Assembly: GCA_963708075.1 (NCBI GenBank)
Contig: OY970194.1
Span: forward strand, 6,336,001-6,400,000
Origin: Sedimentisphaerales bacterium
GTDB lineage: Bacteria; Planctomycetota; Phycisphaerae; Sedimentisphaerales; Anaerobacaceae
Length of the DNA: 64,000 nt
Direction: 5' to 3'
In this document: positions 39,435 to 49,951 of the stretch, in pieces
How the letters are laid out: each line of letters opens with the position of its first letter
Position numbering within the stretch: position 1 is the stretch's first letter
Made by a program: the position numbers and the translations under genes
Notes under the pieces: generated by a model
Database searches by the model: none
What the model saw: only the letters and a program-made list of their open reading frames with translations
What the model was told of the DNA's origin: nothing

Positions 39435-39461
39435 GGTAACGTCAAGCGAGGGTAGAACGTC
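39435..39461 (+). promoter_or_regulatory. Candidate ECF promoter GGTAAC-N17-CGTC
   Basis: AAC...CGTC ECF pattern about 55 nt upstream of the permease start. Confidence 0.45.
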
Positions 39462-39515
39462 TATTTAAGGAGACCACTGAATTCAGTCGGGTACGTTCAG
39501 CTTTGAGGGGATACG

Positions 39516-41912
39516 ATGGAAACGATAGGGCAGGATGTTCGGCTTGGGTTCCGGATGATTGCCAGGAATCCCGGCTTCACGGCGGTGGTGGTTCTGATCC
39601 TGGCGGTGGGAATCGGGGCGAATACGGCGGTGTTCAGCGTAGTCAACGCTGTGATCCTTCGGCCTCTGCCGTACAGGGATCCTCACAACCTCGTGACGCT
39701 CTGGCAGCAGACCAAGTACGGGGAGAGACGCCCCCATCATCAGGCCTTTCTCGCCTGGCGACAGCAGCAATCCCCGGTGTTCGAGACCCTGGCCGGATAC
39801 GGGCGTCAGCGGTTCTACGTCACCGGGATAGAGAGAGGTCGTGAGATCTGGGCGCATAGCGTGTCATCCGATCTCTTTCCACTGCTGGGTGCTGCGCCTC
39901 TGCTGGGCCGGGGATTCCTGCCGCAGGATGAACAGCCGGGGAATGAGCGGGTTGTCATTCTGAGCCACGCCTTCTGGCAGAGCGACCTGAGCGGGACGCC
40001 GGACGTGCTTGGCAGGACCGTGAATCTCGACGCCACGGGCTACACGGTCGTAGGGGTCATGCCTCCCGGCTTCAAGTGGCCCTTCACGCAACCGTCTCTG
40101 TTCTGGGTGCCTCTGACGCTTCAACGAGACGATATATGGCCGCACGGGCGCCCCGTGGCTCCCCTGGCTCGTTTGAAGAAGGGTGTGTCGCTGGAGCAGG
40201 CCCGCGCGGCGATGGCCGTGGTTGCGGATCGCATGAAGCAGGCAGACCCTGCGGCCGACGCCGAGTGGGCGATCGGTGTCGATCGGCTTTCGAACAAGGT
40301 CCTGGCCGGAGATCGCAAGATGCTGCTGCTGCTACTGCTCGGTGCGGCAGCGTTTGTGCTGCTGATCGCGGCCAGCAATGTCGCCAACCTGTTCCTGGCG
40401 CGTGCTACGATGCGACAGCGAGAGATCGTGATGCGTGTCGCCCTGGGGGCCTCGCGGGGCCGCGTCGTGCGGCAGATGCTGACCGAGAGCCTGGTTTTGA
40501 GCCTGGGAGCGGGCTTGCTGGCTCTTTTGGTGACATTCGTGACGATCAAGGGATTGGTGCATCTGTGTCCCGCCGATATCCCGCGGTTAAAGGAGGCGGG
40601 GGTGGATCTATCGGTTCTGGCCTTCACGCTGGGAACATCCGTGCTGACGGGGCTGCTGTTTGGCGTGATGCCCGCCTGGCGTGCCTCCGATATTCGCATG
40701 GGCCAAGCTCTCAAAGAAGGATGGGGAAGATCCGGGACCGGGCGCGGATGGCGGCGTGTGCACAGCGGGCTGGTCGTCTCACAAATCGGACTGTCTCTGA
40801 TTCTGCTCGTTGGGGCGGCCCTGCTGGTTCGCAGTCTGATCGCCCTTCAAAGGCTGGACTTGGGTTTTCGGCCTGAGCACGTGCTGGCTGTCGAGATGCG
40901 ACTGCCGACGGCGAAGTATCCCGAGATGGAGCACTGCACCGCCTTTTACGATGAGTTGCTGTCGCGCGTCCGGGTCCTTCCGGATGTACAGTCTGCGGCG
41001 TTAGTCATGACCGCCCTTCAATTGGGAGCTCTCGACATGGACCTTCCCTTCTCCGTTGCAGGTCGCCCGCTCGCCAATCCGGAGGAGCCGCCCGTGGCAA
41101 AATGGACCAGCGTCAACCCTGCCTTCTTCGAGACCATGGGCATCCGGCTGCTGCGCGGCCGCATGCTTACCGACGAGGATGGGAGCGACGTGGTACTCGT
41201 AGATGAATACCTGGCTCGCAAGTACCTCCCCGATATCGATCCCATCGGGCAGAAGCTCACTCATGACACGTGGGTCGTCATGACTATCGTGGGAGTGGTG
41301 GGCACGACCAGAGACCTTCAGACGACAGATCCATCCAATGGCTCGATCTACATGCGGCTTCGCGAGAGCCTTCAAGGAATGGTTCTGGTCGTGCGGACGG
41401 GCGGCGATCCCATGCGATTGGCCGGCGCGCTTCGTGCCCAGGTCGCCGCATTGGAGAAAGACGATGTTATTGTGAAGCTGGAATCCATGGAGACGACGCT
41501 CTCCGGAATGCTCTCGCCCCGGCGGTTCAGCATGATCCTGTTGACCCTCTTTGCAGGCATCGCCCTCATCGTGGCGACCATCGGTATCTACGGCCTGCTG
41601 CAATACAGCACGACGCAGCAGACCCGCGATATCGGCATACGCATGGCGCTGGGCGCCCGGAAGAGCGATATCTTGCGGGCGATCCTGGGGCGGGGGCTCT
41701 TGCTCGCCGGCATCGGGGTGGTCGCCGGCCTGGCCGGGGCATCGGCCCTGACGCGGGTCCTTTCCAGCCTGTTGTATGACGTGACACCGACCGACCCGCC
41801 GACACTCGCATGCATGTCGCTCCTGTTGATCGGCATCGCCTTGGCGGCCAGCTATATCCCCGCCCATCGGGCGGCGAAGATCGACCCTCTGATCGCACTG
41901 AGGTACGAATAG
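39516..41912 (+). CDS. Duplicated MacB/FtsX-type ABC permease (ADOP-like, no ATPase adjacent)
   Basis: QDVRLGFRMIARNPGFT..GIGANTAVFS..LRPLPY; two FtsX halves (R.ALGA x2); AAKIDPLIALRYE. Confidence 0.9.
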   Translation: METIGQDVRLGFRMIARNPGFTAVVVLILAVGIGANTAVFSVVNAVILRPLPYRDPHNLVTLWQQTKYGERRPHHQAFLAWRQQQSPVFETLAGYGRQRFYVTGIERGREIWAHSVSSDLFPLLGAAPLLGRGFLPQDEQPGNERVVILSHAFWQSDLSGTPDVLGRTVNLDATGYTVVGVMPPGFKWPFTQPSLFWVPLTLQRDDIWPHGRPVAPLARLKKGVSLEQARAAMAVVADRMKQADPAADAEWAIGVDRLSNKVLAGDRKMLLLLLLGAAAFVLLIAASNVANLFLARATMRQREIVMRVALGASRGRVVRQMLTESLVLSLGAGLLALLVTFVTIKGLVHLCPADIPRLKEAGVDLSVLAFTLGTSVLTGLLFGVMPAWRASDIRMGQALKEGWGRSGTGRGWRRVHSGLVVSQIGLSLILLVGAALLVRSLIALQRLDLGFRPEHVLAVEMRLPTAKYPEMEHCTAFYDELLSRVRVLPDVQSAALVMTALQLGALDMDLPFSVAGRPLANPEEPPVAKWTSVNPAFFETMGIRLLRGRMLTDEDGSDVVLVDEYLARKYLPDIDPIGQKLTHDTWVVMTIVGVVGTTRDLQTTDPSNGSIYMRLRESLQGMVLVVRTGGDPMRLAGALRAQVAALEKDDVIVKLESMETTLSGMLSPRRFSMILLTLFAGIALIVATIGIYGLLQYSTTQQTRDIGIRMALGARKSDILRAILGRGLLLAGIGVVAGLAGASALTRVLSSLLYDVTPTDPPTLACMSLLLIGIALAASYIPAHRAAKIDPLIALRYE

Positions 41913-41959
41913 GTGAGTGACGCAAACCTTCCGACGCTGCAATCTGGGCAAAAGCGAAG

Positions 41960-41987
41960 CGGGGCGGTCTGTGAAAGGCCGCCCCGG
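41960..41987 (+). terminator. GC-rich hairpin, copy 2 of a direct repeat
   Basis: CGGGGCGGTCTGTGAAAGGCCGCCCCGG. Confidence 0.6.
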
Positions 41988-42014
41988 GGTATTTCTACAA
42001 TCTATGTGAGCCCG

Positions 42015-42869
42015 TTAGTCTTTCAACTCGCGGACCCAGATGTTGCGGTAGCGGACGGGGTTGCCGTGGTCCTGGAGTTGGATCGGGCCCTTGTCGCCGT
42101 GGGCCTTGTAGTCGGTGATGGTGTGGGCGTTGATCCAGCCGGTGCCGCCCGTCAGCTCGACGTGGTCTTGGATGAGGACGCCGTTGTGGAAGACGGTGAA
42201 CGTGGCCTTCCGCGTGACCTTGCCATCCTTGTCGAAGAGCGGGCGATGATAGATGATGTCATAGTTTTGCCACTCGCCCGGCTTGCGGCAGGCGTTGACC
42301 AGCGGCACGGCACGGCCGTACAGTGCCCCGCACTGGCCGTCCGGATAGGTCTTGTTCTCATAGGAATCGAGGACCTGGACCTCGTATTGTCCCTGGAGGA
42401 ACACGCCGCTATTGCCGCGACCCTGGCTGGTGCCTTGCACCTTCTCCGGCGTCGCAAACTCTACGTGCAGTTGGCATGAGCCGAATTCCTGCTTCGTCTG
42501 GATGTAGCCGGCGCCTTTGACCGACTCCATGTACCCATCGCCGACGATCCATTTGGAGGGTGCCTTCTCCTTCGTCGTGTCTGTCCAGTTGGCCATGGAT
42601 TCCGGCTTCCCGTCGAAGAGCACAATCGCATCGGAGGGGGGGCTGCTGCGTCTGCCGCCGGGGGTGATGATCGGCGGGGCTGGACGATTCTCATCATGGA
42701 TCATCCACCGGCCCGTCGGTGTCTCCACATACTGGACCGTCGGCTTCTGCTCGGCGGCCGCTGCCGGCTCGACCTTTGCTGCTGCGGGCTTGGCCCCTTC
42801 GTTTGTGGCACATCCGGTGATCATCGCCACCATGCAAATGCCCGCCACCACCAATAACGTCCTGTTCAT
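42015..42869 (-). CDS. DUF1080 (3-keto-disaccharide hydrolase-like) lipoprotein
   Basis: ITGC lipobox; PPSDAIVLFDG, GRGNSGVFL..YEVQVLDS, LQDHGNPVRYRNIW. Confidence 0.88.
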   Translation of the reverse strand: MNRTLLVVAGICMVAMITGCATNEGAKPAAAKVEPAAAAEQKPTVQYVETPTGRWMIHDENRPAPPIITPGGRRSSPPSDAIVLFDGKPESMANWTDTTKEKAPSKWIVGDGYMESVKGAGYIQTKQEFGSCQLHVEFATPEKVQGTSQGRGNSGVFLQGQYEVQVLDSYENKTYPDGQCGALYGRAVPLVNACRKPGEWQNYDIIYHRPLFDKDGKVTRKATFTVFHNGVLIQDHVELTGGTGWINAHTITDYKAHGDKGPIQLQDHGNPVRYRNIWVRELKD

Positions 42870-42888
42870 GCTTGCTCCTTTTTGCATC

Positions 42889-42916
42889 TACGATTTACAA
42901 GTTACGATTTACGATT
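42889..42916 (-). repeat. Heptamer tandem repeat (TAAATCG family on the minus strand)
   Basis: tacgatt tacaagt tacgatt tacgatt, the reverse complement of the hemL-associated unit. Confidence 0.7.
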
Positions 42917-43009
42917 GTCCCCGGCGGGTCCAAAGCCCGCCACGGGAGCCAGATCATAAGTCGTGACTCAAGGAACGTCAATCCCGGGGGCTGGCCTCAT
43001 CACACGAGA

Positions 43010-44801
43010 TCAGTTCTTTGCCTGCTCTACCGCCTTCTCCAACGCTTCGAAGCCGTCCTGCCACTCGTTGAGCCGGGTGACGTTCTTCTTGCGGGCGATG
43101 GCCATGAACTGATCGCAGGTCTCCCTGGCGGATTGCGGCATCGGCCAGTCGGCGGTGGCGATCTTTGCGGCCTCGCGCATTTCGTTCCAGCGTGCGATGA
43201 ATACGTACATCGTCGGAAGCTGGGCCACCTGGACGCGGAATCGCAGGTCGGGACTATCCTGCACTGCCGCCTCGGCCGCTTTCAGGTGCTGCCAGCCGCG
43301 CGAAAGCGTGTCGAAGGAGAGGAACTTGGCGTTGGACTCCTGGAAGCAGCCGAGCCAGTCGCCGCTTTGCTCGACGGCGTCGTGCGTGACCTTCAGGTAC
43401 GCCTTCATGTGCGGTGCGGCGGGGCCGTAGTAGCCATCGATGAACTCATTGGTGAGAGCTTCGCCGTCACGATTGGGGTCCCACAGGAGCTTGGCCAGCA
43501 CCCACGCCCGCAGCTCTGCCATCTCCGCGCCGCTGGTCGTGTAGGCGCCCTGTTCGAAGATGCCCTTGACGTTGTGGTCGGCGAAGAACTTCACATTGGG
43601 GCCGAGGACTCGCAGATTCGGGTGCGGCATGATGTGGTGCCGGAAGTTTGTCGTGTAGTCCCAGATGTAAAGCCGCTGGCTCATCGGGGCCCAACCCACG
43701 ATGTCGTCGCGGAAGGCCTTATTGCGCTCGTCGGCCAGGGGTTTGCAGAAAGAACATTCGATGCTGCACAGTTGGACGATGACATTGTCCCGCGGCTTCG
43801 TGATCTTCGGAGGCTTACGCGTGTATTGATAGGCCAGCGTGCTGATCGCGACGTTCGGGAACTCCTGCTCGATATCGGCGGCGACCGCGTTGACGAATCG
43901 CAACATCAGTCCGGCCGGGCTGCCTTCCTCCTGCTCGATTGCAGCGCAGTTCTTGCACTTGCAGTTGCCGATCCAATCGTTTTGGGAGACCGATGCGATG
44001 GTCGCGGCCGGATTGTTCCGCAGCCGTTCCTTGAGGTTCTTGACCAGCTCCTTACGCATCTCTTCGTTAGTAAGACACAGTTGTGCATGATCGGTCGTCC
44101 GCTTGCCGTCGATCTCGCTGAACCACTCGGGATGGTCTGCGAAATACTTCTGCGGCGGGATCAGCGGGTAGAACGTGTGCACGAATCCTTCGTAGATGTG
44201 CTTACCGCCGTGCTTGGCCTCCAGGCGATGCGCCTGGCCGTTGCCCTTGTTCCGTGCCGCCCAGTTGCCGTCGAACGCATCGAACCAGAAGGGCGAGCGG
44301 TACTCCAGCACCGGTACGTACCGGACGTTCAACCCATCGATAGTGACCGTCGGCCTGGCGGGAATGGTACTCTCCGTGGACGACCACCAGCGGCAGCCCA
44401 ACTGGTCCTCAAGGAACGTGTAAACCGCATAGAGTGTCCCTCGTGGCTGTCCACCCGCGAGGACCAGATCGTCGCCGATGGTCCTGATGATGATGCCTTC
44501 CGCCCCGAGCCCATCCATCGAGAACCTGCTCATTGGCCCATTTCGCCGCCGCCGGTCCGACGAAGATGCAGGAAGCATCTTGCTTCTCCTGGCTGGCGGA
44601 TTCAAACTTCGCGCCGGTGATCTTCCCGAGGAACTCCCCAAGCTCTTTAGCCGCATACTGCTCCGGCTCCGGCGCATCCGCGGCAATCACGATGACGGCC
44701 TTTGCCTGGCCATCCTGCGAGATCGTCACAGCCGACAGCCCCAGCGACGTGCCAAGAGCGATGATAGCGAACGCACACCAGATTCGTCTTCTGCTCAGCA
44801 T
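43010..44801 (-). CDS. Secreted DUF4838-domain protein with GH20/GH67-like N-terminal domain (apparent frameshift near 44525)
   Basis: AAKELGEFLGKITG, RGTLYAVYTFLE..GCRW, HPEWFS..QLCLTN, CKCKNC, TLAYQYT. Confidence 0.8.
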
Positions 44802-44846
44802 GGTCTGTCACCTCCGAAGATTCCAGATTTCCACGAACATCATCAG

Positions 44847-46334
44847 CTACGTTGCCCGGTCCCACTCGCGACAAAGGCCTTCGAGATACTCCGTCACATC
44901 GGCGGATTCGGGCTTGCCGTAGAGGTTGACCTTTTCACCAGGATCGTTCTTGAGATTGTACAGGGCCCCGTCCTTGTCCGCCACCCGCTCGTCCATGAAC
45001 CAGATGAGCTTCCATTCCTTCGTGCGGACCATGATGCGCCGGCCGGTGTTGACCCGCAGTTCGTCGTACATGGACATGCTGTGGTCGATCTCGCAGAAAC
45101 ACGCCTCGCGCCACTCGGTGACGTCGCCTCGGATCAGGGGCATCAGGCTGCGGCCGTCGATCGTGTCGGGCACTCTCAGGCCGCTCAGGTCCATCAGTGT
45201 GGGGACAAAATCGAGCATTTCCACCGGCTCTTTGATGACTCTGCCCTTTGGCAGCAGGGCGGGGCAGCTCAGAATCAGCGGCGCCTTGACGTTGTCATCG
45301 TACAAGACGCGCTTCTTCCAGAGCCCGTGTTCGCCCAATTGCCAGCCCTGGTCGGAGTTGATCGCGATGATTGTGTTGTCCAGTTCGCCGACTTTCTTCA
45401 GATGATCTACGAGCCGGCCCACCTGGGCATCGACCAGCGAGACCATACCATAATAGGTGCCTCGCGCGATGCCGATCTGCTCGCGCGTCAGGTCCAGCCC
45501 GCCGGAATATACGCGCAACTGCTCCCGCTCGAATCGGGGCTTGCTCTTCAATTCCTCCTCGGTCGGCAGCGGCAGGTCGATTTTTGCCGGATCGATGAAA
45601 TAGGATTGCGGCACGAGGCACGGCACGTGTGGGGCGTGGAACGAGACGCGCAGGAAGAACGGCTCGCCTTTGTCGAGTAATCCCTTGAGGGTATCGAGGG
45701 CCAGGTCGCCGAGCTTGCCTGTGGTGACCTCGTGTGGCTCCAGTGGCACGGTCCCGCCGATGGCCCAGCCGTGCGTTTTCGTCACGACCTCGGGGTACTT
45801 GCTGCCGGCCTCTTTCAGCCGTGCCCTGATCTTCTCATCTCGTGGCTGGCCGGTGGCATCGAAGTCGACGGGAACGTCCTTCTGATAACCCCAGTCCCGC
45901 TGATAGACATGAGTCTTGCCGATGTTGATGGGCTGGATGCCGATCTCTTTCCAGGCATTGAGCAGGTTCGGGACATCGTGAGCCGTCTTCATATAGGCCG
46001 GCTCGACGGCGGCGGGCTTGCCCATGGCGGTTACGCCGAAGGTGTGCGGGTAGTGGCCTGATTTCATGGATATGCGTGATGGGACGCAGACAGGATTCTG
46101 CACGATGGCGGTTTCGAAGCGAACGCCGTTGGCGGCGATGGCGTCCATGTGCGGCGTCCTGGCCCAGCTTCGCCCGTAACAGGCGATGGTATCTGCCCGC
46201 CCATCGTCCATCATGATCCAGAGGATGTTCGGCCGCCGGGTGTTTGAATTGCTGTCTGCGAGGAGCCGGCTTGCCCCTGCGCTGCAGGCGAGCCCTGCTA
46301 CAACGCCGGTCTTGATGAACTCGCGTCGATCCAT
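44847..46334 (-). CDS. Tat-exported Cys-type sulfatase
   Basis: MDRREFIK Tat motif; PNILWIMMDD, CVPSR (CxPxR), SFHAPHVP, SDQG..LGEHG..KK. Confidence 0.9.
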   Translation of the reverse strand: MDRREFIKTGVVAGLACSAGASRLLADSNSNTRRPNILWIMMDDGRADTIACYGRSWARTPHMDAIAANGVRFETAIVQNPVCVPSRISMKSGHYPHTFGVTAMGKPAAVEPAYMKTAHDVPNLLNAWKEIGIQPINIGKTHVYQRDWGYQKDVPVDFDATGQPRDEKIRARLKEAGSKYPEVVTKTHGWAIGGTVPLEPHEVTTGKLGDLALDTLKGLLDKGEPFFLRVSFHAPHVPCLVPQSYFIDPAKIDLPLPTEEELKSKPRFEREQLRVYSGGLDLTREQIGIARGTYYGMVSLVDAQVGRLVDHLKKVGELDNTIIAINSDQGWQLGEHGLWKKRVLYDDNVKAPLILSCPALLPKGRVIKEPVEMLDFVPTLMDLSGLRVPDTIDGRSLMPLIRGDVTEWREACFCEIDHSMSMYDELRVNTGRRIMVRTKEWKLIWFMDERVADKDGALYNLKNDPGEKVNLYGKPESADVTEYLEGLCREWDRAT

Positions 46335-46362
46335 TCCTGGCCTCCGGAACTGGTCCATTCGA

Positions 46363-46398
46363 TAGGACGTATAGGACCGATAAGACCTATAGGACCTA
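46363..46398. repeat. Palindromic 9-mer tandem repeat (TAGGACCTA) x4, second locus
   Basis: taggacgta taggaccga taagaccta taggaccta. Confidence 0.8.
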
Positions 46399-46411
46399 TC
46401 CTTGCTGCCGC

Positions 46412-47206
46412 TCAGGTCGCGTAGCTGTGCAGGCCCGGGAACAGCCTGGACAGGTTGACCCAGAGCAGCGTGATTATGATAGCCGCCATGCCCGTGATTG
46501 CCCAGAGGCTGTTGATGCGAGAATGGATTTTGCCGAACATGTACCGCCAGTGGAAATAGCCGACGTACACCAGCCACGAGGCGAGCGACCAGAGTTCCTT
46601 CGGGTCCCAGCCCCAGTAGTCGCCCCAGGCGAGCTTGCCCCACCAACTGCCGAGGATGAGCCCGAGCGTCAGCAGGGGAAAGCCGATGGCGACCAGCTCG
46701 TACGTCGCCTGCTCCGTCGGCAGCAAGGTCCCGCTCGTCACGGGCCTCCTGCCGAGCAGTTGCTCGCCGGCTTGAAAGGCCGCCTTGGCCATAATCATGT
46801 AGGCGAGCATGTACACCGCCACATGCGGGGCAAACAGCCAGCTCTGCAGGGCCGGCGGAAGCTGCATCGGCTGAGCATTGAAGACAAAGCCGGCGGGAAC
46901 GAGCACGATGGCCCCGATGAGCATGTCCGCCCACTGGCCGCCGATCCGCAGAATATCCCGGCAGAACCGGGAGATTGGGTAGCAGACCATTCCGAGAAAG
47001 AGAAAAACCTCAAAGAGGTTTTGCAGGGGCACATGCCGCACGTCGTACCAGCGGTAGATGTAGGACAAGACCGCCAGGAGGAAGCCGGCGAAGAAGATGA
47101 GGCGGCCGGCCCGCGCCTGCCTCGCCACCGTGGCGATAAACGCCAGCAGATACGCGGCGATCGTTATATAGATGAGCAGACCTTGGGTTGTGTATTTGAT
47201 TTCCAT
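46412..47206 (-). CDS. ccsA: Cytochrome c biogenesis protein CcsA/ResC (System II)
   Basis: PALQSWLFAPHV, GSWWGKLAWGDYWGWDPKE (WWD domain), GLHSYA. Confidence 0.92.
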   Translation of the reverse strand: MEIKYTTQGLLIYITIAAYLLAFIATVARQARAGRLIFFAGFLLAVLSYIYRWYDVRHVPLQNLFEVFLFLGMVCYPISRFCRDILRIGGQWADMLIGAIVLVPAGFVFNAQPMQLPPALQSWLFAPHVAVYMLAYMIMAKAAFQAGEQLLGRRPVTSGTLLPTEQATYELVAIGFPLLTLGLILGSWWGKLAWGDYWGWDPKELWSLASWLVYVGYFHWRYMFGKIHSRINSLWAITGMAAIIITLLWVNLSRLFPGLHSYAT

Positions 47207-47215
47207 AAGAGCCTG

Positions 47216-48259
47216 TTATCCGTGCTCCGCCTGCGGTGTAATCATCCGACGGGTCTTGATTGCGATCAGCGTCCGGCGGCCCCAGAAGTGCCAGAAGACC
47301 CCGGCGATCAGCATGACATAGCCGCCATAAACGACGTTCAAGCCGGAATCGGAGACCACCTGCAGGATCGTGTATTGCCCGGCGGCATCTTCATCGAGCG
47401 AATGCTGATAGAGATGATAGCCGCCATAGTGGAGCGGGTGGTTGACCTCGACGGCCTTTGCCGCGACTGTCTTGCCGTCCACGACGATCTCGACCTCGCT
47501 GATGTAATCCTTGATCGTCCTTCGATACGTCGGCTCAAATCCGACGGCCTCCGGGAAAACCGGCGCGAAATTCTCAAAGATGTATCCCGCCGTGACGGTC
47601 CCATCGGGTTTTTCAACCAGGACTTGGACAGCCGGATTGGAGTCGCCGGGGGCGTCGTAGGGCACCTGCTTGCCATCCTCGACACGGAGCTTGAAGTTAG
47701 CGAAGGACTTCTGCACGGTGATTTTGCCTAATTCGCCCAGCGACACCTGGGCGCCGGGCTTTGCCGGGAGCCTCCAGACCTGCCCCTCGCGACCACGGAT
47801 GATGATTTCGCCCGGCTCGTAGTACTCCATGCGAAAGTCCTTGAGTCTGACGGCGAAACGCAACTCCCGGACGCTGTTGCTGTCTTCAACGACGACGTGG
47901 CTTATCGGCGCCTGGTCGCCGATTTTCAGCCGCAACTGGCCTCGCACCACCTTATCGATGCCGAAGAGCTGTTTCTGCATGACGTGTCCGGCCTTTGAAC
48001 CCCACATGCCGCCGAGCAGGATGAGGATACAGCCGAGGTGCGTCAGCAACAGCGAGGGGATCTGCAAAAGCCGGCGAAAGACCGCAAGCCCGACGATCAG
48101 CAAGGCCGTCAGCGCGAACCAGTAGACCGCCAGCGGCAACGAGTTGAAGAACGCCTGCGCCCGGTCGGCGCCGAGAAACGCGCCGTAAATTGACAGCAGA
48201 GTCAGCCATATGACGGCTATCAAAGCGGCCCAGAGCACGGCCCGCCTGAATCGGCTCAT
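47216..48259 (-). CDS. Cytochrome c biogenesis protein CcsB/ResB-like
   Basis: LLTHLG, VEVNHPLHYGGYHLYQ, DSGLNVVYGG; adjacent to ccsA. Confidence 0.8.
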   Translation of the reverse strand: MSRFRRAVLWAALIAVIWLTLLSIYGAFLGADRAQAFFNSLPLAVYWFALTALLIVGLAVFRRLLQIPSLLLTHLGCILILLGGMWGSKAGHVMQKQLFGIDKVVRGQLRLKIGDQAPISHVVVEDSNSVRELRFAVRLKDFRMEYYEPGEIIIRGREGQVWRLPAKPGAQVSLGELGKITVQKSFANFKLRVEDGKQVPYDAPGDSNPAVQVLVEKPDGTVTAGYIFENFAPVFPEAVGFEPTYRRTIKDYISEVEIVVDGKTVAAKAVEVNHPLHYGGYHLYQHSLDEDAAGQYTILQVVSDSGLNVVYGGYVMLIAGVFWHFWGRRTLIAIKTRRMITPQAEHG

Positions 48260-48511
48260 TTGATCTCCTTGAAACTCCAGCCAGATACTTTATGGGCTAA
48301 CCTATTACCCGAAAACCGGATTTGTTCGCAAGTTTATTCATCCGCCGTGGACAGCACCTCTTTGTGGCTCGGAGAATCCCGTATACAGCACTGCCCGGCG
48401 ATACGCATTTAGCATGCGGCCATTTGCGGGATTCACCTATGACTTGTTCCGCTGAATATGGATAGAAATGAGGCGGGACAAATCACTTGTGCGTGTCGGA
48501 AAGGAAAAATC

Positions 48512-49951
48512 ATGACTGCTGACTTTACATCTCCCAAAATGCGGAATCGTCGTTCCTATCGCTCCTCTTATGTCTGGACAACTGCGGGCATTGTGCTTAC
48601 CTCACTGATGCTTTGCGCAATCAGTATCGACTCGGCATGGTCGCAGTCCTCTCCGCGGCCGGAGCGGGTGCCTCCCACGGAGCAATCCCGTAAATCACGG
48701 CCCGAGCCAAAGAAGGAGAAGAAGGCGCCCCCGAGACGCGTGGCGCACGGGTCGGAGAACATGATCGAGCAGGGCAGGCAAATTTTCCGGTACGACACCT
48801 TCGGGGATGAAGCGTTTTGGGGAGAGACTCTGCGGCTGCATGAGGCCGTCGCCAAGCTTCCTCCGAGCAAGGCTCTGGAACTCGGTCTGAAGGTCGATGC
48901 CGAGGCGCTGCCCTCTGATGTCGTTCAACAGTTGAAAGCGGGCAAGCTGAACCTGAACGATCCGGCGGTCACTCTGACGCTGCTGAAATTGAATGCCGTG
49001 GTGGGTGTGACGGGCCATTTGGACCCGACCGGCAAGCACCTTGCGTCGATAGGGATTCAGTGTGCTTTGTGTCATTCCACCGTGGATGACTCCGCAGCCC
49101 CTGGTATTGGGCGCCGGCTTGACGGGTGGCCCAACCGCGACTTGAACGTTGGAGCGATTGTGGCGTCCGTGCCCGACCTGAGCTTTTTCACCAAACTGTT
49201 CCAACTCCCCCCCGAGAAAGTGCGTGAAGTGTTGATGGCCTGGGGTCCGGGCAAATTCGACGCGATCCTGGTGCTGGATGGCAAGGGCTTTCGCCCGGAT
49301 GGCAAGACGGCCGCCGTGCTGCTCCCGCCCGCCTATGGACTGACCGGCGTGAACCTGCACACGTGGACGGGCTGGGGCTCCGTTCCCTACTGGAATGCCT
49401 TCGTCGCCAACATCGAGATGCGTGGCAAAGGCGTGTTTCACGATTCGCGGCTGAACGACAAGAAATTCCCGATCTCTTCCGCCCACCCGGAGACCTTCGG
49501 TGAAAAGAAGGATGAGACGGACCTGATCACGCCCAAGCTGGCCGCCCTTCACATGTACCAGTTGTCTTTGACGCCTCCCGTTCCGCCCAAAGGCACATTC
49601 GATCCCGCCGCGGCAGATCGCGGCCGGCAGTTGTTCAATGGGAAGGCCCGCTGCGCCTCCTGCCATGTGCCCCCAATCTTCACGGATCCCGGCTTCAATA
49701 TGCATACGCCGGAAGAGATCGGCATCGACTCCTTCCAGGCGGACCGCTCGCCCAGCCAGCGAGCCATGTACCGCACGGCGCCGCTCGGCGGCTTGTGGGC
49801 GCGCCAAAAAGGCGGGTTCTACCACGACGGACGCTTCCCAACGTTGCTGGATGTGATCAACCACTACATCCCTGTCCTCAAGACCGAGCTAAGCGACGCG
49901 GAGAAGCAGGAGTTGGTTCAGTACCTGCTGTCTCTGCCGACCGAACCCTAA
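48512..49951 (+). CDS. Exported di-heme c-type cytochrome of unknown function (peroxidase/MauG-like C-terminal motifs)
   Basis: CALCH and CASCH heme motifs; RGRQLFNGKARCASCH, YRTAPLGGLW, FYHDGRF. Confidence 0.8.
   Translation: MTADFTSPKMRNRRSYRSSYVWTTAGIVLTSLMLCAISIDSAWSQSSPRPERVPPTEQSRKSRPEPKKEKKAPPRRVAHGSENMIEQGRQIFRYDTFGDEAFWGETLRLHEAVAKLPPSKALELGLKVDAEALPSDVVQQLKAGKLNLNDPAVTLTLLKLNAVVGVTGHLDPTGKHLASIGIQCALCHSTVDDSAAPGIGRRLDGWPNRDLNVGAIVASVPDLSFFTKLFQLPPEKVREVLMAWGPGKFDAILVLDGKGFRPDGKTAAVLLPPAYGLTGVNLHTWTGWGSVPYWNAFVANIEMRGKGVFHDSRLNDKKFPISSAHPETFGEKKDETDLITPKLAALHMYQLSLTPPVPPKGTFDPAAADRGRQLFNGKARCASCHVPPIFTDPGFNMHTPEEIGIDSFQADRSPSQRAMYRTAPLGGLWARQKGGFYHDGRFPTLLDVINHYIPVLKTELSDAEKQELVQYLLSLPTEP

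Noticed and set aside
44847..46934. 695-aa ORF as a long sulfatase
   Set aside because: The first ~200 codons overlap ccsA out of frame; the Tat motif marks the real start at 46334.
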